Shown here piece by piece: positions 10,620 to 19,512 of a stretch of 64,000 nt of DNA. Position 1 is the stretch's first letter. Each line of letters begins with the position of its first letter. Origin of the DNA: Vicinamibacterales bacterium. GTDB lineage: Bacteria > Acidobacteriota > Vicinamibacteria > Vicinamibacterales > UBA8438. The notes beneath the pieces are model-generated. The model was not told the DNA's origin and made no database searches. It saw only the letters and a program-made list of their open reading frames with translations. Made by a program: the position numbers and the translations under genes. Location of the stretch: positions 68,417-132,416 of the forward strand of contig CATQHX010000079.1 in NCBI GenBank assembly GCA_958296065.1, in the 5' to 3' direction.

Positions 10620-12222
10620 CATCCGCGCCGACCAACTGCGCATCGTCCACGACGTGCTGGCTCGACATCTGCCGGACGGCGTGCGGGTCTGGGTCTTCGG
10701 GAGCCGCGCCACGTGGGCGACGAAGGACTCGTCCGACCTCGATCTCGCTCTGGAGGGTGACGGCGAGATCCCGGCATGCAGCCTCGCCGCGCTGGAATCC
10801 GCCTTTGAGGACTCGGACCTTCCGTTCGCGGTGGACGTCGTGGACGCCAAGCGGATCGGTGAGGAGTTCAAAGAGATCGTGGCACAGCAGCGGGTGCGCT
10901 TCCCGGAGAGTGACGCCAGTTCGGGCGCGCGAACGAATCCTGCCCGTCGGGTGTCCTTACGCAATCTGTGCGACGCGATTGTGGATTGTCCTCACTCAAC
11001 GCCCAAGTGGACGCCAGACGGCGTCATCGTTCTCCGAAGCAAGAACATCCGAGACGGTCGACTCGACCTTTCTCAGCCGAGCTATACCTCCGAGAAAGAC
11101 TACGCCCAGCGAGTCAGGCGGGCGACCCCACGTGCAGGTGACCTCGTTATCACGAGGGAGGCCCCGATGGGGGAGGTTTGCATGATTCCCGAAGGGTTGC
11201 GCTGCTGCTTGGGCCAGCGCATGGTGTTGCTTCGACCGAGTCTCGTCGCGGCGGATTCTCGATATCTGCTGTACGCTCTCCAGTCGGAGCCTGTCCAGCA
11301 GGAGATTCGATCGCACGATGGTACGGGTTCAACCGTCAGCAATCTCCGTATTTCCCTACTGGAAGGTCTCCGAATTCCGGGCCATCCGCTTTCCGAACAA
11401 CGTGCGATCGCGCACATCCTCGGCGCACTGGACGACAAGATCGAGCTGAACCGACGAATGAACGCGATGCTGGAGGCGATGGCGCGGGCGCTGTTCCGGT
11501 CCTGGTTCGTCGATTTCGACCCCGTGCGGGCCAAGTTGGAAGGCCGCGACACCGGGCTGCCCAAGGACGTCGCCGACCTGTTCCCGGACCGATTGGTAAA
11601 CTCGGAATTGGGCGAAATACCGGAAGGATGGGAACTGAAGTCGCTCGATGCCGTGGCTCGCTTCCAGAACGGGCTCGCACTTCAGAAGTTCCGGCCGTTG
11701 CAGAACGAAGCCCGCCTGCCCGTTGTCAAGATCGCCCAACTCCGAGCTGGCGAGGTGAACAGCGGCGAGTGGGCAAGCGCTAGCATTCAGCCCGAGTGCG
11801 TCATCGAGGACGGAGACGTTGTGTTCTCTTGGTCAGGGAGTCTGTTGGTTCGGACGTGGTGCGGGGGACGGGCCGCCTTGAACCAGCATCTCTTCAAGGT
11901 GACTTCCGAGAAATATCCCAAGTGGTTCTACTTGCACTGTCTCTTGTCACATTTCCCGGAGTTTCAGCGGATTGCCGCGGACAAGGCCACGACAATGGGT
12001 CACATCAAGCGGCATCACTTGGCGGATGCCGTTTGCGTTGCACCTCCTGACCGCGTGATCACCAGGGTTTCCGCTTTGCTCGGAGGATTGTTGGAGCGGC
12101 GAGTGGCAAACGAGGTGGCAAGTCGCACGCTGATGACCTTGCGCGACGCGCTACTTCCGAAGCTGGTTTCCGGAGAGATGCCAGTGCGCAACGCCGAGAA
12201 GATAGTCGGAGCAATCGCATGA
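10603..12222 (+). CDS. hsdS: In-frame fusion of a minimal nucleotidyltransferase (MNT, HI0073-like) to a type I R-M specificity subunit
   Basis: Probable TTG start at 10603, overlapping the HEPN gene by 17 nt. MNT motif VWVFGSRATWATKDSSDLDLAL. No stop before the HsdS body: TRD1 from ~10950, central conserved LSEQRAIAHILGALDDKIELNRRMNAMLEAMARALFRSWFVDFDP, TRD2, C-terminal LRDALLPKLVSGE. An internal GTG near 10950 cannot be excluded. Confidence 0.7.
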   Translation: MTTPIDIRADQLRIVHDVLARHLPDGVRVWVFGSRATWATKDSSDLDLALEGDGEIPACSLAALESAFEDSDLPFAVDVVDAKRIGEEFKEIVAQQRVRFPESDASSGARTNPARRVSLRNLCDAIVDCPHSTPKWTPDGVIVLRSKNIRDGRLDLSQPSYTSEKDYAQRVRRATPRAGDLVITREAPMGEVCMIPEGLRCCLGQRMVLLRPSLVAADSRYLLYALQSEPVQQEIRSHDGTGSTVSNLRISLLEGLRIPGHPLSEQRAIAHILGALDDKIELNRRMNAMLEAMARALFRSWFVDFDPVRAKLEGRDTGLPKDVADLFPDRLVNSELGEIPEGWELKSLDAVARFQNGLALQKFRPLQNEARLPVVKIAQLRAGEVNSGEWASASIQPECVIEDGDVVFSWSGSLLVRTWCGGRAALNQHLFKVTSEKYPKWFYLHCLLSHFPEFQRIAADKATTMGHIKRHHLADAVCVAPPDRVITRVSALLGGLLERRVANEVASRTLMTLRDALLPKLVSGEMPVRNAEKIVGAIA

Positions 12223-12857
12223 CGGCGACGCTGCTCACCGGCCCAGACCGAAGGAAGGGCTGTCTCTGGCGTACGTCAAGGCCCTGGCGGCGCGCGCGGG
12301 TTTCTCGACGGCGGTGCCGGAGCCCGACCGGGACAGCGTCGACGTGCGGATCATGGCAGGCGGGCCGCGTCGTCCGGCCCTTGACCTGCAACCGAAGGCC
12401 ACGAGCCTGCAACAAGGTCATGAAGAGGTCGTGAGACAGGAGACCGCCACGGTTCGCATTCCGGAGGGCAACGTGTTCGACGTGGCGACGGTCCGGACCC
12501 TCATGGAGCTATCGCGAAAGCGGCGACATCTGATGCGAGTCAGCATTCGCGATCGGGGTGCGCTGTCGGTGGTTTCACCGGCGGCGCTGTCGGCGTACGC
12601 CAGCGCGGCCGGTTGGCGCCGGCACGAGCCGTATCGCGAGCACTCGGACGTCTACGTCGGCGAGTCGCGCCCGGAGATCATCGTTCCGCGCACGGAGCGC
12701 CTGGGCGACTACGCGAGCGTCGTCGCGACGCTGATCGATACCTTCGCCGGTGTCACCGGGCAGGACGAGTTGAGCGTCTATCGCTCGTTGGCGACGACGG
12801 ACCGGGACGTGGTCCGCATCCGCGCCGCGGAAAGCGACGACAGCAGCGTGACGTTGA
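12206..12857 (+). pseudogene. DUF4365-like (restriction-endonuclease-fold) N-terminal segment joined to an unrecognised segment; no canonical start or in-register stop
   Basis: The frame opens at 12206. It reads KEGLSLAYVKALAARAGFSTAVPEPDRDSVDVRI...LDLQPKAT (DUF4365-like), then unrelated ...ALSVVSPAALSAYASAAGWRR.... There is no ATG before GTG 12314, and the frame runs on as a GC shadow to 13378. Confidence 0.3.
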
Positions 12858-13292
12858 AACGCCGGCATCGGCGGCGGCACGACCGGTGTCAGGCTGCCGG
12901 AGGTCGAGCGCCGGCTCTATTTCATCGAACGCTATGCCGCGAGTTCCGCCGAGCGGCTGAGCGCGCTGCGATCGCGGCCGGAATCCTGGTGGGAGGGCGA
13001 GACGCGCTTCTTCGATACGACCCGGTCGCGGGCGTGGGTCGTCGTCCGACGCATCGCGCACACGTCGCACCATCGCGGCCAGCAGATGGCAATGCTGCGG
13101 ATGCTCAACCGCGACCTGCACAGCAACTACGGGCCGACCTTCGATACGGGTGGATTGCCGCAGAACCACGCACCGGTGGTCTACGCCTACCCGGATCTCG
13201 ATGGCGTGCTGGCGGGCGAGCGCGCGGGCGGACGCAAGGCGATGCTCCCCGGCCCGAAAGATCAGCCGCCTACCGAGCGGCCGGGGAGTTGA
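12858..13292 (+). pseudogene. 5'-truncated DinB-family gene (C-terminal half only)
   Basis: The frame opens right after stops at 12849/12855. It reads ...RLYFIERYAASSAERLSALRS...RRIAHTSHHRGQQMAMLRMLNRDL..., the C-terminal helix pair and HxxHxGQ motif of DinB_2 proteins. No N-terminal half and no start codon. Confidence 0.5.
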
Positions 13293-13419
13293 GGCGCCGA
13301 TCCGCGGCGACCGCGGCAAGCACGTTGTTGCGGGCCTTTGCGCCTGCCGCTGGTATCCTACCCGGCAGCCCGGCGTGACGGGCGCTGCACGCCCCTCGAC
13401 GCGCCCGGCCGGAGGATCC

Positions 13420-15498
13420 ATGCAGCGAAGGTTCAGGATCGCGCGCGGCGTCGGCCGGCTGGCGATTCATCTGGCGGTCGCGCTGGCCGCGACCGCGGCC
13501 GGTCCGGCGGCGGCGCAGCACGGGGCGCCCGCCAACGGCGAGTGGCCGACCTACGGGGGCGACCTCGGCAGCACGAAGTACTCGCCCCTGGATCAGATCG
13601 ACCGCGACAACTTCGGCGACCTGGAGATCGCGTGGCGCTGGCGGTCCGCGGACGCCGTGCTGAGCCTTACCATGCCGGACGGCTCGGAGTGGCGCGCCGA
13701 CTCGCGGCTGATCTTCGCCGAGCTGAACCGCCGCGATCCGGAGCGGTGGCGCGACGGCCTGCCCCCCACGATCACGAACTTCAAGGCCACCCCGCTGATG
13801 GTCGGCGACCGGCTCTTCATCAACATGCCGACGTCGGCCGCCGCCGCCATCGACGCGCGGACGGGCGAGACGCTGTGGGTCTACAACCCCAAGAGCTATG
13901 AGGAAGGCACCACGACGATGTCCGCCCGCTGGAACCAGCGCGGCGTGGCGTACTGGTCGAACGGCCCGGACCGGAGCGACGAGCGGATCTTCTTCGGCAC
14001 CGGCAACGGGTATCTCGTCTGCGTCGACGCGAAGAACGGCCGGCCGTGCGCCGACTTCGGGGACGGCGGCCGGCTGGACCTGATGGAGGGCATCCCGCGC
14101 GCGGCGCGCGGCGCGCGCGACTGGCTGAACGCGCTGCTGTACTCCGTGCAGTCTCCGCCCATCGTGTTCGGGGACACGGTGGTGACGCCGATGTCGATCT
14201 CCAGCTACAACATCCGCCGGGAGATGCCGCCGGGCTGGATGCGCGGCTTCGACGCGCGCAGCGGACGCACCCGCTGGACGTTCCACACGATCCCGCAGGG
14301 CGACGAGTTCGGCAACGACACCTGGGGCGGCGATTCCTGGCGCGAGACCGGCAAGGTGGGCGTGTGGACGATGATGAGCATCGATCCCGAACTCGGCTAC
14401 ATCTACCTGCCGCTGAACACGGCCGCGCCCGACTACTACGGCGGACACCGGCCCGGCGCCAACCTGTTCGCCGAGAGCCTCGTCGCCCTCGACCTGGAGA
14501 CCGGCGAGCGGGTGTGGCACTTCCAGGTCGTCCACCACGGACTGTGGGACTACGACCTGCCCGCCGCCCCGAACCTGATCGACATCACCGTCGACGGCCG
14601 GCGGATCGAGGCGGTGGCGCAGATCACCAAGCAGGGCTTCACGTTCGTCTTCGACCGGGCGACGGGCGAGCCGGTCTGGCCGATCGAGGAGCGCCCGGTG
14701 CCGACCGACACCGACATCGAGGGCGAGACGCCGTGGCCGACCCAGCCGTTTCCGACCCGGCCGGCGCCGTTCGACTACCAGGGCGTGGCGATAGACGATC
14801 TCGTCGACTTCACGCCCGAGATTCGGCAGATGGCGATCGAGGCGGTCGCGCCGTACCGCATCGGCCCGCTGTATACGCCGCACAGCCTGCGGGGCACCAT
14901 CGTGCGGCCCGGGTTCAGCGCGGGAAGCTGGGGGGGCGCCGCGGTCGATCCCGAGACCGGCATGCTGTACGTGCCGTCGGGCAACCGCTACACGGTCAAG
15001 CACTTCCGCGCGCCGGCGCCGGGCGAGGACGCCAGCCTCGCGGTGCTCGAGGCGCGCGGCGCCGCGGCCCACCGCCCGCAGTTGCCGCAGGGGCTGCCGT
15101 TGTTCAAGCCGCCCTACTCGCGGATGACGGCCATCGACATGCACACGGGCGAGCACCGGTGGATGCGGCCGCTGGGCGACGGCAACCGGATCCGCAACCT
15201 CCCGCTGCTGCGCGACCTGGATCTACCGCCGCTCGGCGGCGACAGCGGGCGCATCGGCTCGGTGCTGACGAAGACGCTGCTGATTCACGCGCTGACCGCG
15301 GGCGGCACCGGCGACGGCCCGCGCCTGGTCGCCTTCGACAAGGCGACCGGCGAGGAGATAGCGTCCGTCGATCTGCCGGGCGGCGCCATCGGCACGCCCA
15401 TGACCTACCTGTCGGGCGGGCGGCAGTACATCGCGCTGACCGTCGGCGGCGGACGCGTGCCGGAGCTGATCGCCCTGGCGCTGCCGGCCGGCGATTAG
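13420..15498 (+). CDS. PQQ-dependent dehydrogenase, long (~690 aa) soluble clade related to glucose/quinate-type propellers (paralogue A)
   Basis: Internal ATG 13420 preceded by GGAGGA. Signal peptide, WPTYGGDLGSTKYSPLDQIDRDNFGDLEIAWRW, HHGLWDYDLPAAP active-site region, ends GGRQYIALTVGG...ALALPAGD. Confidence 0.9.
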   Translation: MQRRFRIARGVGRLAIHLAVALAATAAGPAAAQHGAPANGEWPTYGGDLGSTKYSPLDQIDRDNFGDLEIAWRWRSADAVLSLTMPDGSEWRADSRLIFAELNRRDPERWRDGLPPTITNFKATPLMVGDRLFINMPTSAAAAIDARTGETLWVYNPKSYEEGTTTMSARWNQRGVAYWSNGPDRSDERIFFGTGNGYLVCVDAKNGRPCADFGDGGRLDLMEGIPRAARGARDWLNALLYSVQSPPIVFGDTVVTPMSISSYNIRREMPPGWMRGFDARSGRTRWTFHTIPQGDEFGNDTWGGDSWRETGKVGVWTMMSIDPELGYIYLPLNTAAPDYYGGHRPGANLFAESLVALDLETGERVWHFQVVHHGLWDYDLPAAPNLIDITVDGRRIEAVAQITKQGFTFVFDRATGEPVWPIEERPVPTDTDIEGETPWPTQPFPTRPAPFDYQGVAIDDLVDFTPEIRQMAIEAVAPYRIGPLYTPHSLRGTIVRPGFSAGSWGGAAVDPETGMLYVPSGNRYTVKHFRAPAPGEDASLAVLEARGAAAHRPQLPQGLPLFKPPYSRMTAIDMHTGEHRWMRPLGDGNRIRNLPLLRDLDLPPLGGDSGRIGSVLTKTLLIHALTAGGTGDGPRLVAFDKATGEEIASVDLPGGAIGTPMTYLSGGRQYIALTVGGGRVPELIALALPAGD

Positions 15499-15599
15499 GA
15501 AGGTTGAGGGCCCGGTCTACAGGACCGCCGGGGGGGAGCGCCGGCCGCCGCGCTGCCGGTGACATAATCGGCTGCAATCGCCAACACCGAGGAGGGGTC

Positions 15600-17384
15600 A
15601 TGCGCGCATTCGACTGGCCGTCGTTCCCGTTTCGCCCGGCGCTCGTCACGTGCGGCCTGGTGGCCGTCTTCCTGGCGGGCGTGTGCGTGCCCGCCGTCCT
15701 CGCGCAGGAGCCGGATCGCATCCGTCCCGTCACCGACGCGGAGCTGCTGGACCCGAGCCCGGACGAGTGGCTGATGTGGCGCCGCACGCTCAACGGCTGG
15801 GGCTACAGCCCGCTCGATCAGGTCAATCGCGACACCGTCGGCAGCCTCCGCCTGGTCTGGAGTCGCGCCCTGGCGACCGACGGCCGCCAGCAGGGGACGC
15901 CGCTGGTCCGCAACGGGGTGATGTTCATGCCGAACCCGCAGGACACCATCCAGGCCATCGACGCGGTGACCGGCGACCTGATCTGGGAGTACCGCCGCGA
16001 CCGGCCGGACGATCTGGGCGACTACATGATCGGCAGCCTGATCGACACCAACCGCAACATCGCGATCCACGGCGAGCTGATCTTCCACACCAGCATGGAC
16101 GATCATCTCGTCGCCCTCCACGCGGAGACGGGCGAGGTGGTGTGGGACACGGAGATCCTCGACTACACGGTGAACCCGGCCAACCAGACCTCGGGGCCGA
16201 TCGTCGCCAACGGCAAGGTGTACTCCGGCCGGAGCTGCGATCCGCGGGGCGGGCCGCACGGCTGCGTCATCACCGCCCACGACGCGGCGACCGGCGAGGA
16301 GCTGTGGCGGCGGCGGCTGATCCCCGGACCGGGCGAGCCGGGCGACGAGACCTGGGGCGACGTCCCGTTCGAGGAGCGCGGACACGTCGGCTCGTGGATG
16401 GTGCCGAGCGTCGACCCCGAGCTGAACCTGGTCTACGTCGGCACGTCGGTCACCTCTCCCGCGCCGAAGTTCATGCTGGGCGGCGCTGACCTGACGCACC
16501 TTTACCACAACTCGACGCTGGCCCTGCACGGCGACACCGGCGAGATCGTGTGGCACTACCAGCACATGAACGACCACTGGGATCTGGACCATCCGTTCGA
16601 GCGGCTCCTGGTCGACACGGCGGTCCGCCCGAACGCAACTGCGGTGAGCTGGATCAACCCGCGCATCGAGCCGGGCGAGGAGCGGCGGGTGCTGACCGGC
16701 ATCCCCGGCAAGACGGGCATCGTCTACACGCTCGACCGCGAGACCGGCGAGTTCCTGTGGGCCACGCCGACCATCACGCAGAACGTGGTGAGCGGCATCG
16801 ACGGCGCCACCGGCCAGGTGACCGAGAACGCCGAGCTCATTTTCACCGCCAGCGGCCAGCAGGTGCTGGCCTGCCCGCACGCCAGCGGTGGCAAGGACTG
16901 GGAGGCGGGCGCCTACTCGCCGCGGACCAACACGATGTACATGCCGCTGCGCAACGTCTGCGCGCGGATGATGGCCGAAGACCCGGACAACCGGACCAAC
17001 CGGCTCTACGCCATCGCGTGGCGGTCGGAGCTCGCCCCCGGCTACGACGACGTGGGCAGCGTGCACGCCATCTCGGCCGAGACCGGCGAGACCATCTGGA
17101 ACTACCAGCAGCGGGCGGCCACCATGGCGCTGGCCGCCACCGGCGGCGGGCTGGTCTTCGGCGGCGACGTCAACGGGCGCTTCCGGGCCTTCGACGACAC
17201 CACGGGAGAGATCCTCTGGGAGATCAATCTCGGCTCGCCGGTGTCGGGCTTCCCGGTCACCTTCGCGGTGGACGGCCGGCAGTACGTGGCGATCAGCGTT
17301 GGCACCGGCCGCTTCCTGGACCTGACGCCGGAGCTGCGCCCGAGTAGCGGCAACAACCTCTTCGTCTTCGCTTTGCCGGAGTAG
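15600..17384 (+). CDS. PQQ-dependent dehydrogenase, methanol/ethanol family (paralogue 2 of the close trio)
   Basis: ATG 15600 preceded by GAGGAGGGG. The first 518 codons of ORF 14046-17384 are out-of-frame read-through of the upstream gene. Near-collinear with 6375 and 19513 (WLMWRRTLNGWGYSPLDQVNRD..., NDHWDLDHPFE, ...FVFALPE). Confidence 0.9.
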   Translation: MRAFDWPSFPFRPALVTCGLVAVFLAGVCVPAVLAQEPDRIRPVTDAELLDPSPDEWLMWRRTLNGWGYSPLDQVNRDTVGSLRLVWSRALATDGRQQGTPLVRNGVMFMPNPQDTIQAIDAVTGDLIWEYRRDRPDDLGDYMIGSLIDTNRNIAIHGELIFHTSMDDHLVALHAETGEVVWDTEILDYTVNPANQTSGPIVANGKVYSGRSCDPRGGPHGCVITAHDAATGEELWRRRLIPGPGEPGDETWGDVPFEERGHVGSWMVPSVDPELNLVYVGTSVTSPAPKFMLGGADLTHLYHNSTLALHGDTGEIVWHYQHMNDHWDLDHPFERLLVDTAVRPNATAVSWINPRIEPGEERRVLTGIPGKTGIVYTLDRETGEFLWATPTITQNVVSGIDGATGQVTENAELIFTASGQQVLACPHASGGKDWEAGAYSPRTNTMYMPLRNVCARMMAEDPDNRTNRLYAIAWRSELAPGYDDVGSVHAISAETGETIWNYQQRAATMALAATGGGLVFGGDVNGRFRAFDDTTGEILWEINLGSPVSGFPVTFAVDGRQYVAISVGTGRFLDLTPELRPSSGNNLFVFALPE

Positions 17385-17385
17385 C

Positions 17386-17409
17386 GGCATAATCGGCCAG
17401 GATCTCTGG
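17386..17409 (+). promoter_or_regulatory. Orphan copy of the leader motif found upstream of PQQ paralogues 2 and 3
   Basis: ggcataatcggccaggatctctgg vs gacataatcagccaggatctcgaa (19472-19495): 19 of 24 match. Partial match gacataatcggctgcaatcg at 15561-15580. No intact gene follows this copy. Confidence 0.4.
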
Positions 17410-17458
17410 TAGCATCGGGCCGCGATGACAACGCACGCCGGAGGAATCGAAGAGCCTG

Positions 17459-17995
17459 TCAGAACCCCATTACGAGTGCCACCTCAGCGGAGCGCGGCAT
17501 TCCCCAGAAACCACTGCGGCTCGACGTTGGAGTAGTACGTGGTGGCGTACAGCTCGTCGAACAGGTTGTTCACCCGCACGTCGATGTCCACGCTCTCGGT
17601 CAGTCGGCGCCGCACGCGGCGTCGACGACCGTATACCCAGGCACGGTCCCGCTGTTGGCGTGATTCCAGAATCGATCGCCCACATGCTGGATGCCGCCCC
17701 TGAACTGCCAATCACCCGGCGCGCTCCAGGTGAACCACAGATTGGCAAGCCGCTCGGGGATGTTCCTCGGTGTGTTGCCGCTGCGCGACACCAGCGTGCC
17801 TCCGACATTCTGCGCGAACTCATCGTAGCGCGCGTCGAGCACCGCAACACTGGCATCGATGCCGACGCCCGCGGGTAGCGCTACGGCGAACGTCGCCTCC
17901 ACGCCACGCGAGGACTGCCGCCCGATTTGCAGGGTCGTCCCGGGGTTAAGCGGATCGGGTGCAAGCAGGTTGTCCTTCACTATCTGATAGCCGGC
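17459..17995 (-). pseudogene. TonB-dependent receptor, C-terminal barrel fragment with frameshifts
   Basis: The pieces GVEATFAVALPAGVGIDASVAVLDARYDEF...SGNTPRNIPERLANLWFTW, VDIDVRVNNLFDELY and a terminal ...VALVMGF* lie in three frames. The plug and most of the barrel are absent. Confidence 0.6.
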
Positions 17996-17999
17996 AACC

Positions 18000-18140
18000 G
18001 ACCAGCGCGGTCGCCGTCAACGTCCCGGCACCGGCACCGTCTGCAACCGCACGCTGACGGGGTCGGCCGAGGCCAGGTCCCGCAACTGGCGGTCGACATC
18101 GGCGATCCGCCTCTTCAGTGCCCGGATCGCGGAATGATCG
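18000..18140 (-). mobile_element. IS110-family transposase internal fragment (remnant)
   Basis: Minus strand reads IRALKRRIADVDRQLRDLASADPVSVRLQTVP. After a frameshift it reads GAGTLTATALVG, matching the coiled-coil/'L.siPGiG..tA..L' junction of IS110 DEDD transposases. No catalytic domain. Confidence 0.45.
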
Positions 18141-18659
18141 CACTATGCACCCTTCTTATCACCTGTATATCGCATGATTTGTGAGAACCTCCATTGGTCT
18201 GATACAACGAACGCATGTTGCGCCTTGGCCGAGCCGGGGTTGCGATTTGAGTCGGGCCCGGCGCCAAGCCGGATCAGTTCGTCGTCAGTGACGTTCACGC
18301 CGGCGGACGAGCACACGCGGCCGGGGATGCGCGACATTCCGGTGCGTGTCCGCTCCCGGAAGTCCGAAGCCTCAGCCCCCGCTCGGCAGATCCAAGGTTC
18401 AGTCGTTCATCCAGGAGATCGCCATCTGGAACCAGCGCCGGGCACCGCAATGACACGCAAGGACTGATGGGTTGGCATTCGGAGTGGGTGGTTCGGTACT
18501 ACGGCTACGAGGTTGGCCGCGGGTCGACGTTCCGGACGGCGTGGCGGACGGCTCGCCGCAAGTACCCGGACCTGCCGAAGGAGGAAACGAGCCCGGACGG
18601 CGGGATCGTCTTCCCGGTCGGGGTGAGCTTCGAGCGCCTGAAGTGGTGAGGTCCTGACT

Positions 18660-18837
18660 GCCCCGCCGGCGCGTGATGCGGACTGTCGGAGTCGTAGGCG
18701 TAGAGCAGCACGTTGGCGTCGAGCAGCGTCATCGCCGCACCGGTCCGTCGAAGAGCTCGATCAGTCCGCCGATGTTGTCGGGCTCCAGACCGGTTCTGAG
18801 ACCCATCGGCTTCATCCAGGCTCAGCGTCGTCCTCAT
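18660..18837 (-). pseudogene. Degraded vapBC-type toxin-antitoxin module
   Basis: MRTTLSLDE (antitoxin-type N-terminus) at 18837, and MTLLDANVLLYAYDSDSPHHAPA (PIN/VapC N-terminus) from 18732. Similarity is lost in both after ~10-25 residues. Confidence 0.45.
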
Positions 18838-19139
18838 GCGGCGATGTTAGGGCTGAGACATCTTGAAGTAAATGCCAAGCATCGTGATGACCCGGCGCAG
18901 AAACGCGTCCGTGTTCGCGCTACCTGAGTAACCAACAGGTTTCAGCGGCTCGTTATCCGCGGGCGACGACGCGGTTCGCTGAGGTTCGGCGGGCGGCTGC
19001 TCGCTGCTGCCCGCCCGCCTTGTATGGACCATACGATGCCTCTTGTGGGATCGTCAGCCAGTGTGTTCTCCAGCAGCAGGGCGGGTACGATGACGGCGTC
19101 GTCCCGCCGGGGGGCATGTGCCGTTACGCTGAAGTCCTT

Positions 19140-19440
19140 CTAGAATTCGAATGCCATGCCGATCTGCGTGCTCACCAGGCGCAGCGGTGAGCGCGCAGGC
19201 TCGAATGTCGCCCCGTGCTCGTCACGGTGGATCGCGCCCTTCGTCAGGTAGCTGACGTCTCCGCCCGTGCGATAGCGGAGGCCGAGGCTGAGGCTCAGCT
19301 CCGCTTCCGAGATGCGTGGTCGACGTCCCGGCGTAGTCGCCCAGAGCGGCCCCGGTGGAGGTATGGGCATAGCTGAATCCCGCCAGCCCCTCGGCGTAGG
19401 GCCGCACGCGGCCGGTCCGCGGTTGGACGCGCATGGGGGC
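19140..19440 (-). pseudogene. Outer-membrane beta-barrel protein, C-terminal remnant
   Basis: Alternating-hydrophobic strands ...AELSLSLGLRYRTGGDVSYL...LRLVSTQIGMAFEF* with a terminal Phe. The upstream part (YAEGLAGFSYAHTSTGAALGDYAG) is in another frame. Confidence 0.35.
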
Positions 19441-19471
19441 GTGCGGCCGGATGCGCCCGTCCAACGCCAGT

Positions 19472-19495
19472 GACATAATCAGCCAGGATCTCGAA
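19472..19495 (+). promoter_or_regulatory. Leader/promoter motif upstream of PQQ paralogue 3
   Basis: gacataatcagccaggatctcgaa, 18 nt before ATG 19513. The CATAAT could be a -10 box. Confidence 0.4.
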
Positions 19496-19512
19496 ACCCG
19501 ACAGGAGGCGTC

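Noticed and set aside
12314-13378. 354-aa ORF as a single gene downstream of hsdS
   Set aside because: Only the first ~180 codons look protein-like. Beyond ~12850 the frame is Arg/Ala-rich shadow, while a different frame carries the DinB C-terminal half. I interpret this as remnants, not one CDS.
14046-17384. 1,112-aa plus-strand ORF suggesting a giant fused dehydrogenase
   Set aside because: The first ~518 codons are an alternative frame of the 13420-15498 gene (Arg/Gly/Pro-rich nonsense). A proper RBS, ATG and signal peptide occur at 15600.
13270-17390. Long minus-strand ORFs (13270-15156, 15495-17390) opposite the PQQ dehydrogenase genes. Similar cases are 19222-22677, 23433-25076, 30954-32981 and 32866-34983.
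   Set aside because: All are antisense to genes with strong family motifs. Their translations are Arg/Ala/Gly/Pro-dominated with no recognisable domains, so they are GC-driven open frames and not genes.
18467-18649. 60-aa plus-strand ORF (MGWHSEWVVRYYGYEVGRGSTF...)
   Set aside because: It sits inside the decay zone, partly antisense to the vapC remnant frame. It has no RBS or recognisable family, so there is not enough support to call it a gene.
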